Below, piece by piece: positions 17,778 to 25,942 of a stretch of DNA of 31,894 nt; the first letter of the stretch is position 1; the number at the start of each line of letters is the position of its first letter. The position numbers and the translations under genes were made by a program. Source of the stretch: an uncultured Gammaproteobacteria bacterium (GTDB lineage: Bacteria; Cyanobacteriota; Vampirovibrionia; LMEP-6097); contig CAYUFH010000003.1 of the NCBI GenBank assembly GCA_964444015.1, positions 9,180 to 41,073 on the forward strand, written 5' to 3'. The notes below the pieces were generated by a model that was not told where the DNA came from, did not search any database, and worked only from the letters and a program-made list of their open reading frames with translations.

Positions 17778-18752
17778 TTAACGGGAGAAAACCTCAAAAC
17801 TCAAACCTGATTTAACAGGATTAAAATGTGCCGCCGCCGCAATCATCGCAGCATTATCAGTACATAATTTCAGTGGAGGATAATATATATTAGTAAAACC
17901 ATCGCTGAAACGCTTTCTAATAGTAGAGTTGGCAGCCACACCGCCAGCGATTATTATATTATTATAACCTGTTACTAGGCTAGCTTTAGCAAGCTTAGCG
18001 AAGAGAAACTCCGCTACAGTATTTTGAAAGGCGTAAGCAATAGCTGCTTGATCACGCTGCCAAATTTCAGCACTAAGTTTTTCTTTGAGTCTTAGCACGG
18101 CGGTTTTAAGTCCACTAAAACTAAAATTTAAATCTGGCATATCTGGGATTTTAAAATCGTAGCGATGGATTGCTTCGCCCTGACAAGACTGCGCCAATTT
18201 ATCTAGGTGCGGACCACCTGGATAAGGCAGATCAAGAAGTCTTGCAACTTTATCGAAGGCTTCACCAGCAGCATCATCTACAGTCTCACCAATCACTTCT
18301 ATACTTGTATAAGAGTCGACACGAATAATTTGTGTGTGCCCGCCACTGACTAGCAAGCATAATAAAGGTGGCTCTATATCTGTGCCTATATAGTTAGCAG
18401 CTATGTGTCCAGCAAGATGGTTGACTGGAATAATAGGTTTGGAATATAACCAAGATAAAGTTTTAGCAGCGTTGGCGCCAACTAATAAGGAACCAGTCAA
18501 TCCAGGTCCTTGAGTAACAGCAATAGCATCTATATCTGTTTGAATATTACAATTAGCCGCCTTTAGACAATCTTGAACCACCTGCTCTATGAGTTCTAGG
18601 TGAAATCTAGAAGCCATTTCAGGAATTACCCCACCCCATTTTTGGTGTTTTTCAATTTGCGAGACGACTATACTAGATAGCAAGTCACGGCCGTCTTTAA
18701 CTATCGCAGCTGCAGTTTCGTCACAACTTGTTTCTATCCCGAGTATAAGCAT
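17778..18752 (-). CDS. tsaD: tRNA N6-threonylcarbamoyltransferase TsaD
   Basis: ILGIETSCDET, HxxxH (HLAGH), LVSGGHT, DDAAGEAFDK, GGVAAN and CTDNAAMI motifs. Confidence 0.95.
   Translation of the reverse strand: MLILGIETSCDETAAAIVKDGRDLLSSIVVSQIEKHQKWGGVIPEMASRFHLELIEQVVQDCLKAANCNIQTDIDAIAVTQGPGLTGSLLVGANAAKTLSWLYSKPIIPVNHLAGHIAANYIGTDIEPPLLCLLVSGGHTQIIRVDSYTSIEVIGETVDDAAGEAFDKVARLLDLPYPGGPHLDKLAQSCQGEAIHRYDFKIPDMPDLNFSFSGLKTAVLRLKEKLSAEIWQRDQAAIAYAFQNTVAEFLFAKLAKASLVTGYNNIIIAGGVAANSTIRKRFSDGFTNIYYPPLKLCTDNAAMIAAAAHFNPVKSGLSFEVFSR
18165..18189. repeat. Degenerate family A remnant inside tsaD
   Basis: 14-nt exact match ATGGATTGCTTCGC (18165-18178) plus partial similarity out to 18189. Confidence 0.45.
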
Positions 18753-18805
18753 AAATCTCTATTAAGCAGGCTTGGCATGAATAAGTCTAATGTAGAATAT
18801 AAGAG

Positions 18806-19582
18806 ATGAGCAATATTAAAGCAGTAATACTAGATAAAGATGGGGTATTTGTCGACTTTCATAAACTCTGGCTAAGAGTGATTGCCTATCGTGCTCAGTT
18901 AATTGCAGAAACTAGCACTGGTACTTGGGATCAGTTTAATTTAGTGCGCACTGCTTGTATTAGAGCTATGGGCGTGGATGAGGAAGAAGAAACTATAGAT
19001 GCCTATGCACCTTGTTCAATGCCAGCTTCGGACGTTAAGCTAGCGCTTAAAGTTGCAACTTATTTAACTGTAAATGCTTGGGATCCAAGTTTTGATTTTA
19101 AGCGTGCTTCAGATATTGTCGAACAATGTTTTGCTGATACTATTGAACAACTTGATTTTGCTGAGATGGCAGAACCTATAACTGGTGCAATTGAAAAAAT
19201 TAACGAACTATCTGAAGCTGGCTTTAAGCTCGGAGTATTTAGCTCTGATTCGACTATGAATATTAATATTGCCCTTGATAAGTTTTCGCTTAAATCAAAA
19301 ATATCAGTGATACAGGGCGATCATTTCAAAAGCTCAGAACTATATACCAAGCTTTGCAAAACGCTTCAACTAGATCCTTCGGAAACCATTATGGTATCTG
19401 ATTCACCGCATGATTTAAGTATCGCTAAAGCTGCTGGTGCTAAGACTATTGGAGTGCTAACAGGGGTGGTTAGTAAAGAGAATATAGGTTTGCTCAAAGT
19501 CGTTGCCGATGAAGTGTTAGGCTCTTTATCTGAGCTTAAAGTTTCTAAGCTTGGTGATAACAAGAAAAAGGCTAAAACCTAG
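18806..19582 (+). CDS. HAD-superfamily hydrolase
   Basis: Motif I ILDKDG, motif II FSSD, motif IV VSDSPHD. TAGAAT is 7 nt upstream of the ATG. Confidence 0.85.
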   Translation: MSNIKAVILDKDGVFVDFHKLWLRVIAYRAQLIAETSTGTWDQFNLVRTACIRAMGVDEEEETIDAYAPCSMPASDVKLALKVATYLTVNAWDPSFDFKRASDIVEQCFADTIEQLDFAEMAEPITGAIEKINELSEAGFKLGVFSSDSTMNINIALDKFSLKSKISVIQGDHFKSSELYTKLCKTLQLDPSETIMVSDSPHDLSIAKAAGAKTIGVLTGVVSKENIGLLKVVADEVLGSLSELKVSKLGDNKKKAKT

Positions 19583-19974
19583 TGATCTCAATGTACAGTG
19601 ATGGCGCTTGCCGCGGCAACCCTGGTGAATCAGCAATAGGTGTAGTCTTTTATGATGAAAATCATAAAGAGATCGCTAGTTTATCTGAAGCTATTGGTGT
19701 AGCAACTAATAATGTCGCTGAATATTCTGCTTTAATTTATGGACTAGAATATGCTGTTAAGAAGGGCTACAAGAAACTTGCAGTTCATGCTGATAGTGAA
19801 CTGATGATCAAACAGCTCAAAGGCGAGTATAAAGTTAAAAATGAAAATATTAAACCCCTATTCCTTAAAGCAAAAACCTTAATTGCTAAATTAGAATTAG
19901 TAACTTACAAGCATGTTTTGCGTGAACTTAATAAGAGAGCAGATAAGCTTGCTAATATAGCGCTAGATATGTAA
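19582..19974 (+). CDS. rnhA: Ribonuclease HI-like protein (short type)
   Basis: YSDGACRGNPG, TNNVAEY, DSEL and NKRADKLAN acidic active-site residues. Start overlaps the HAD stop. Confidence 0.88.
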   Translation: MISMYSDGACRGNPGESAIGVVFYDENHKEIASLSEAIGVATNNVAEYSALIYGLEYAVKKGYKKLAVHADSELMIKQLKGEYKVKNENIKPLFLKAKTLIAKLELVTYKHVLRELNKRADKLANIALDM

Positions 19975-19978
19975 TTGT

Positions 19979-20103
19979 GAGACCCAGGATAGCAGCCTGA
20001 GAGCAAGGCGCATGAGACCGACGCACCGGAGTTGACTTATTTCGTCAATGAGGATGCGGAGGGCGAAATGCAACGCAGTTATCAGGCTGCTACACTGGGT
20101 CTC
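19979..20103. ncRNA. Candidate 125-nt structured RNA (long rod-like hairpin); strand unknown
   Basis: Closing stems GAGACCCAG/CTGGGTCTC (9 bp) and TAGCAGCCTGA/TCAGGCTGCTA (11 bp); inner pairings GCAT/ATGC, CGCA/TGCG and TTGAC/GTCAA. Fills the whole intergenic gap. Confidence 0.45.
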
Positions 20104-20107
20104 TCTC

Positions 20108-21007
20108 TTATGGCATTGGACTGCCGTAGTTGTAGTAGTAGTTAGCCCTATCAGCAAACTGAGGATGATTCTCGCCGAAGGCTTGCGGCATTGGAGACAT
20201 GCGTATCATATTAGGGTCTGGACTAATAGGATTGCTAGGCTCTTGATTGTTATACATTTGTACTGGAAACTCGACGTACTCGGGGATTGCGCTATTGTTA
20301 GCATCATATAATTCTCGCTGCTTTTTAGCCTCGCGCATCTCTAAAGCCAGACCACCAGCATGTGGAAGCACACCAAGAGCGTAAGCTGTTGGCACGCCTA
20401 CTGAATCAAAAGTACCAGGATAGTTAAATGGAGTAACGGTATCAATAGGGAAAAAGCTCAAGAATTGAAATAAAGTATCTTTTCTAGATGGCGCGACTTT
20501 CTCGCGATTATATCCCCAGCCTGGAGCTAAGGCTTGATAATTACGCTTAGAACTTGGTGGTGCATAACTACGGTAAGGATCTCTAAGACCACCGACTGTA
20601 TAACCAGTTTGGTGCCAATCTGGGTTTGGTGTAACTTCTTCAGCGGGAGGTCTCTTGATAGCAGTCTGTTCTATGTATGGATAAGCATAAGCAGCTGGGC
20701 TTACTCCAAGGTCACGCAAGAAGCTGCCATCTCGGTGGTACATTCCGGTGTAACCGCTTGGGTGCCTTAATATAACTCTATCAGCATCTGTTTGATCTAT
20801 ATACCTATGCCATTGTGGTGAAAACTCAACTTCTACTACATTAACTTCACCCATGCTTTGGCGAATTGCTGGGCTTAATTGGTTATAACCAACACCAACG
20901 ACTAGTAGAGTAATTTTTTTATCACGGTCATCTTCAGCGAAGACAGGCGTCATTAATAGCAACATTAATGCAAGTATAATTTTGGCCTTAGTGATGAGCT
21001 GCTGCAC
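20108..21007 (-). CDS. Hypothetical secreted protein coupled to fliR
   Basis: Sec-type signal KAKIILALMLLLMTPVFA|EDD; Tyr/Pro-rich body; GTG start overlaps the fliR TAG by 1 nt. Confidence 0.75.
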   Translation of the reverse strand: MQQLITKAKIILALMLLLMTPVFAEDDRDKKITLLVVGVGYNQLSPAIRQSMGEVNVVEVEFSPQWHRYIDQTDADRVILRHPSGYTGMYHRDGSFLRDLGVSPAAYAYPYIEQTAIKRPPAEEVTPNPDWHQTGYTVGGLRDPYRSYAPPSSKRNYQALAPGWGYNREKVAPSRKDTLFQFLSFFPIDTVTPFNYPGTFDSVGVPTAYALGVLPHAGGLALEMREAKKQRELYDANNSAIPEYVEFPVQMYNNQEPSNPISPDPNMIRMSPMPQAFGENHPQFADRANYYYNYGSPMP

Positions 21008-21789
21008 TAATTGAATCCTAATAATCTTCCGCTATTACCGAAAAAATTAAAGAGTCCCATAAAGAATAACGGCATTATTAGTAAAAACACTATAACTCCG
21101 ATACTTGGTTTTATGGTGTAGCTGATCTGGAAGGCGTTAATCTGCGGAGAAGCCCGTGAAATCAAGCCTAAAATGATGTCACCGACCATAATTGTAAGTA
21201 TAATCGGGCTGACTATGATGAAACCCATGGAGATGATATCACCTACTAGGTGCACTATCCTTAAAGCATCCACGCTAAAACTTGGAGCATAAATATTTAC
21301 TGACGAGAAGCTTTTATAGAGAGATTCTATAAGACGCTCTGGTCCATGTACGAAAAAAAACACCACTATGGCAAGCGAAGACATAAACTTACCCATAATT
21401 GTGGTTTGTGCACCTGAGTGAGGATCAAAAGTTTGTGCTGAAGAAAAACCCATCGAAGAGTCCATCATCTCTCCACCACTCACTACTGTTTCAAACATTA
21501 ACTTAGCAACAAAACCAATTAATAAACCCAAAGATACATTAACGAGAACCGCCCACGGTAAATAATAACCAGCACTAGGCGGAGAAGGAAGATCAATACT
21601 GTTAAGTATGATCATGGTAAGAAAAATACTAAGCCCAATTCGCGTTAATAAACTAATTCCCTTGTGACCAAATATTGGAGCCATATGTAAGAAAGCTAAG
21701 ATTCTTACAAGTACCAATGATGAAGCGATAACATATTCGTTAGCCGAGCTTAACGCCGCTTGCCTAAAAAATCCTGCAAGTAGTTCCAT
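21007..21789 (-). CDS. fliR: Type III export gate protein FliR/SctT
   Basis: VRILAFLHMAPIFG, GEMMDSSMGFS and GLISRASPQINAF motifs; hydrophobic, 260 aa. Confidence 0.9.
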   Translation of the reverse strand: MELLAGFFRQAALSSANEYVIASSLVLVRILAFLHMAPIFGHKGISLLTRIGLSIFLTMIILNSIDLPSPPSAGYYLPWAVLVNVSLGLLIGFVAKLMFETVVSGGEMMDSSMGFSSAQTFDPHSGAQTTIMGKFMSSLAIVVFFFVHGPERLIESLYKSFSSVNIYAPSFSVDALRIVHLVGDIISMGFIIVSPIILTIMVGDIILGLISRASPQINAFQISYTIKPSIGVIVFLLIMPLFFMGLFNFFGNSGRLLGFN

Positions 21790-21791
21790 AA

Positions 21792-22793
21792 CTACTCAGC
21801 CGTAGCCGCTCCTTCTTCGGTTTTCACTTCATCTATGGAAGATTTAATTCGAGCAAGTGCAGCGCGTGCTCGACTACGACTTGCTTCAAGCTCTTGATTG
21901 CGAGGCGCAGCATTAACAACTATAGGTGCTGGTTCTTCAATAGGACTTGGTTCTATTACTCTAACTGGTTTGGCTGCTGCTCTTGGCGTAGAAATTGGAG
22001 CTGGTCTGCTAGCAGCTGGAGCACTAGCTCTAGTTACTGGTGCTGTAGCTGGGCGAGTCGCTATAGGTCTAGTGGCTACTGGTGCAGTTGTGGTGGCTGG
22101 ACGACTTACTGGAGCTGTAGTGGTCGGACGAGTCGTGGCAGTAGGACGTGGCTGCGTAGCAGCTACTGGAGCTCTAGTCGTGGCAGCTGGGCGAGCAGGC
22201 TCAGGTTTCTCTTCTTCAGTGGTCGCAGCCTCATCACCATTCTCTGGTGCTAGCTGTTCTATGACAGCTTCCCTAAGTCCGCTAGGCGGTCTAAGTAAAT
22301 AGTTAATTACGGGTAATTTATCTGTAACTGGTTCTGGAGGTACTTCTACAACTTCAGCATCCTCAGGTATATTTTCTTCGCCGCCCATAGCTTTAGTTTC
22401 AGCACCGCCGCCAGCAGCAGGAGCTGTCTCAGCTAATTCTTCAGGCGAGAACAAAGGATGATCAGTTTCATCATCAGTCTTCAGTGGTTGTTTTAATAAT
22501 TTTTTAGGTGGTAGTGGATGCGAGCTAAGACCTGGTACTAAATTAAAAGCACGACTAATGGTCTGCGAAGTATATTGCTTCAAGTACTGGAACATATAGA
22601 AACCAAAAACTATTAAAGCTAAGAAGACGCCAAGTATCTTCACTGCTGAACCTAAGGTTTGTTCTTGAACTTGAGTAGCCGCTTGAATAATACCTATAAC
22701 TAAACCCAGAGCCGCCGCTAGTAAAACCAGCGGACCCGAGATAAAGAGTACGGTAAAAATACCGTCTCTAATTGCTTGAGGCATCCAATCCAT
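21792..22793 (-). CDS. fliQ: Type III export gate protein FliQ/SctS with a ~245-aa C-terminal low-complexity extension
   Basis: First ~90 aa: GPLVLLAAALGLVIGIIQAATQVQEQTL. Then acidic and Pro/Ala/Thr/Arg-rich segments; 333 aa in total. Confidence 0.88.
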   Translation of the reverse strand: MDWMPQAIRDGIFTVLFISGPLVLLAAALGLVIGIIQAATQVQEQTLGSAVKILGVFLALIVFGFYMFQYLKQYTSQTISRAFNLVPGLSSHPLPPKKLLKQPLKTDDETDHPLFSPEELAETAPAAGGGAETKAMGGEENIPEDAEVVEVPPEPVTDKLPVINYLLRPPSGLREAVIEQLAPENGDEAATTEEEKPEPARPAATTRAPVAATQPRPTATTRPTTTAPVSRPATTTAPVATRPIATRPATAPVTRASAPAASRPAPISTPRAAAKPVRVIEPSPIEEPAPIVVNAAPRNQELEASRSRARAALARIKSSIDEVKTEEGAATAE

Positions 22794-22795
22794 TT

Positions 22796-23449
22796 TTAAT
22801 TAAAGCTCTGAGCAAGACCTTTGACTATCAAATCCCAACCATCTATCGCAACGAAGATCATAATCTTAAACGGCAGCGATACAATAGTTGGCGAGAGCAT
22901 TATCATACCCAGCGCTAAGAGTATATTAGCAACGATTAGGTCAATCACCAAGAAGGGAATGAAAACTAAAAATCCAATCTGGAAAGCTTTGCGCATTTCA
23001 CCTAATAAATAGGCAGCTGATAGCTCTCTAGTCTTGACATCAACCGGTTTTTTAGGTAGTTCCTCACGGCTGAGTTTATAAAAGAACTTAAGATCTTTAC
23101 TATCAACGTTGCGTAGCATATGTTGCTTTAAAGGTTCGTAAGTACGGGACAGTGCTTCAGGTAAAGCGATTTGATTATTAGCCAGCGGTACTATTGCAGT
23201 TTTATTAATAATATCGACTTCTGGTCCCAGGACATAAGTAGTAAGCACCAAAGCTAAACCTATTAAAACCATGTTGGGTGGCGAGTTCTGAGTACCTAGT
23301 GCTTGCCTGATTAATGACATCACCATGATGATACGTAAGAAAGGTGTCATCGACACTACGATGATAGGTATAAAACTTAAAAGGAAAAGCAGGCCTACAA
23401 TCTGTAAGCTCGGTTCTAAATCAGGAAGTAGTCTACTAAGATCTTCCAT
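22796..23449 (-). CDS. fliP: Type III export gate protein FliP/SctR
   Basis: MTPFLRII, RQALGTQNSPPN, FQIGFLVFIPFLVIDL and LGMIMLSP...SLPFK...DGW motifs; 217 aa, no signal peptide. Confidence 0.93.
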   Translation of the reverse strand: MEDLSRLLPDLEPSLQIVGLLFLLSFIPIIVVSMTPFLRIIMVMSLIRQALGTQNSPPNMVLIGLALVLTTYVLGPEVDIINKTAIVPLANNQIALPEALSRTYEPLKQHMLRNVDSKDLKFFYKLSREELPKKPVDVKTRELSAAYLLGEMRKAFQIGFLVFIPFLVIDLIVANILLALGMIMLSPTIVSLPFKIMIFVAIDGWDLIVKGLAQSFN

Positions 23450-23483
23450 AGCTAGCGTTTTATATAGACGCTAATAGCTTTAT

Positions 23484-24347
23484 TCACAGTTTTGGCTTAG
23501 ATCTTGCTGGTTTCAAGATAAGAAACTTGGATCTTAGCTCATCGTGAAGCTTAGACATAGCATATTCTCTGGCTGTTTTATTTCCACGATGTATTTTATA
23601 GATATCTATGTAATTTGTTGCTTTTTTAAGAAACTGGTTAATTAACTTTTTACTACCTAGTCTAGTGACTTCTAGTTTTACAAATTTTGGTTTCTCATCT
23701 TGAAAAAAGAATTTTTTCAATAATGCGATAAGAAATCTTGGTACTTTCACTTGTTCTTTTAGGCTTTTATGCAAATGATCAACTAAAGTATCATCCCGAA
23801 AGTATTTTACTAAGTGATCTAAGAAAAACCATCCTGTGCTTCCTGTAGCGGTCACATCACACATGGCGATATCATCTTTATCTTCTTTGACTTTTTTACC
23901 TGTTTTGATTGCTTTTACCTTCTTAGGCATTAAAGGTATTGCTAGTAGTTTTGGTGCTGAGGAGCAATGACTATAGCGTCCTGATATAAGCTTAATTGCT
24001 TTTCTAAATCTTTCTTGAACACGAGTAACTGCAAGAGTTCTTCTTGTTGGGTTGCTTGTAAGTTCTTTCTCAACTTTGCTTAATTCTAAATATGTAGCAT
24101 TGACTACTTTTGTCCAGTTTCGTTTCTGACCCACATCAAATTTACTAACAGCTTCAACTTGTTCTTCTGTTAGACAATTCTTAACGCCTAGTAGTTTACA
24201 AATATTCCTTAAGAGAGCTGTGTGGGAGCCTGCAAGTTCATTTCTAAAACTGACAATTCTTCGTCCGGAAACATCTGCAGCGACGGCTAGACCAAAACTA
24301 TGTGGTTGCCCTGTACGGGCCTGTGAAACTAACGCACTGTTATACAC
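23484..24347 (-). CDS. Hypothetical Lys/Arg-rich protein upstream of fliP
   Basis: 287-aa ORF ending 34 nt before fliP. Extended -10 TG-T-TAAGAT (24363-24355) is 7 nt before the GTG. Confidence 0.7.
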   Translation of the reverse strand: MYNSALVSQARTGQPHSFGLAVAADVSGRRIVSFRNELAGSHTALLRNICKLLGVKNCLTEEQVEAVSKFDVGQKRNWTKVVNATYLELSKVEKELTSNPTRRTLAVTRVQERFRKAIKLISGRYSHCSSAPKLLAIPLMPKKVKAIKTGKKVKEDKDDIAMCDVTATGSTGWFFLDHLVKYFRDDTLVDHLHKSLKEQVKVPRFLIALLKKFFFQDEKPKFVKLEVTRLGSKKLINQFLKKATNYIDIYKIHRGNKTAREYAMSKLHDELRSKFLILKPARSKPKL

Positions 24348-24367
24348 AGAACTTATCTTAACACATC

Positions 24368-25942
24368 TTATCTAAGCTTGATACTTATCACTGAAGGTCT
24401 CGGATACTTATGCTCTTTGGATCGCGGCCAGGTTCCACTAGGGTGCTGCACCGATAAGAACAGTGTCCGTCCATCATCACTAAACCATGGTCCAGTAAGT
24501 TCAGCACCTATTGGTGCTGATGCGAAGCGCCTAGGAATTCCAGCTTGTTCACCACTTAGTGCAATAACATAAAGACCATTATTACCATAGAGCTGACGTT
24601 GATGCGGCAGCATAAATTCTGGAGACGCGTCTGTGGTCACCCAAAGATTACCAAGCCCATCGAAAGCTAAATTATCCGGACAAGCAAAACCTGAATCAAT
24701 AGAGCCAACTACAAAATTATTATAAGTAAATTTTAGAGCCTCATGGTTATTACCATCTTCTAGCAAGCGAACTATCGAACCAAAAGTATTAGCGCGACTA
24801 AGATTTTTAGTGAGCGAGACATAGATGGAACCATCATGAGGACTGACTTCTAGATCTTCTGGTCTATCTAGCGCACTAGCATCTATGAGTTTAGCTGATT
24901 CGCGAGTATGAATTAACATCTCGGAATCATTGCGATAGCGGCGCGCGATACGTTTATCTTCGCGACTGATGGGCAGCCATTCGCCGACACCTTGCTCGCT
25001 AGGATCTAAGCTTGGGCTAATAGTTTCTCCATTAGAGGCATCATAGAATCTAGCTACATAAAGCTGACCTTCAGAGAGTAAGTTGCTAAAGCCATCAACT
25101 ATATCGCTGTACTCGTGCAGCTTAATTTTGCTATGTGGTTTAGTGAAGCTACGTGCAGAAACGAATTTATAAATATGTTCATTCTCTTTATCATCACCCA
25201 TATAAATCACAACCTTATCGTTGCGTGAGATGGTGATAGCGGCATTCTCGTGAGCAAAACGCCCTAATAGACTATGTTTGCGTGGGGTGAATTTAGGATT
25301 GTAAGGGTTAATCTCAGTTACCCAGCCATAGTGTTTGCGTTTAAAATTCTTCCATTTATACTTTTCGTTGAAGTCATGAAAATTCTCTTCGCAAGTGAGT
25401 ACAGTACCCCATGGCGTGCGTCCACCGCTACAATTCGCTAGCGTGCCTTTAACTTCTTCACGGAAGCGAAGAGGACCTGTGAATTCAACAGGACTATTAG
25501 CATCGATGCGGCGATTATAACTAGTTTCGTCGCTATGATCATAAATCCACTCGCCATCAGCATTACGTTTAATTTTAATAATAGATCCACCAACACTACG
25601 GCGCTGTTCTTCTATATCTGGAATATATTTAGGATCTACTGATTCGTGGTTCACCCATAATAAGGCCTCATCAGATTTTTCTAAAGGGAAAAAACAAGTG
25701 AAGTCGTTATTGAACCCAAATTTTTTATCGGTGCCAATGCTATCTTGCCAGCTGCGTACTATACGATAACTAAATCCACGCGGCAAAACCACCTCGTCTC
25801 TTAAGCTTGCAGCTATGGGCTCAAAACCTAGTTCTGGATTAGGTTTTATTAAAGGCGGCAAAGGCTTTAGATTACAAGAACTTAAACCAAGACCCATAGA
25901 GCCGATTCCTAATAATTTAAGAAAACGTCTGCGATCAAGCAT
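24368..25942 (-). CDS. phoX: PhoX-family alkaline phosphatase with Tat signal and lipobox
   Basis: RRRFLK twin-arginine motif; LSSC lipobox; NCSGGRTPWGTVLTCEEN, GRFAHE, RPED, PDN and QHP motifs. Confidence 0.9.
   Translation of the reverse strand: MLDRRRFLKLLGIGSMGLGLSSCNLKPLPPLIKPNPELGFEPIAASLRDEVVLPRGFSYRIVRSWQDSIGTDKKFGFNNDFTCFFPLEKSDEALLWVNHESVDPKYIPDIEEQRRSVGGSIIKIKRNADGEWIYDHSDETSYNRRIDANSPVEFTGPLRFREEVKGTLANCSGGRTPWGTVLTCEENFHDFNEKYKWKNFKRKHYGWVTEINPYNPKFTPRKHSLLGRFAHENAAITISRNDKVVIYMGDDKENEHIYKFVSARSFTKPHSKIKLHEYSDIVDGFSNLLSEGQLYVARFYDASNGETISPSLDPSEQGVGEWLPISREDKRIARRYRNDSEMLIHTRESAKLIDASALDRPEDLEVSPHDGSIYVSLTKNLSRANTFGSIVRLLEDGNNHEALKFTYNNFVVGSIDSGFACPDNLAFDGLGNLWVTTDASPEFMLPHQRQLYGNNGLYVIALSGEQAGIPRRFASAPIGAELTGPWFSDDGRTLFLSVQHPSGTWPRSKEHKYPRPSVISIKLR

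Noticed and set aside
19979-20103. SRP RNA, TPP or glycine riboswitch, or MITE identity for the 125-nt element
   Set aside because: It lacks the SRP GGAA/GCAGC domain IV context, the TPP CUGAU core and the glycine CCGAAG core; no target-site duplication seen.
20048-20311. 87-aa + strand ORF and 64-aa minus ORF (19963-20157) over the structured element
   Set aside because: They overlap the real genes at both ends, and the region is better explained by RNA base pairing.
21894-22302. Two + strand ORFs (119 and 134 aa)
   Set aside because: Antisense shadows of the low-complexity FliQ tail; no start signals.
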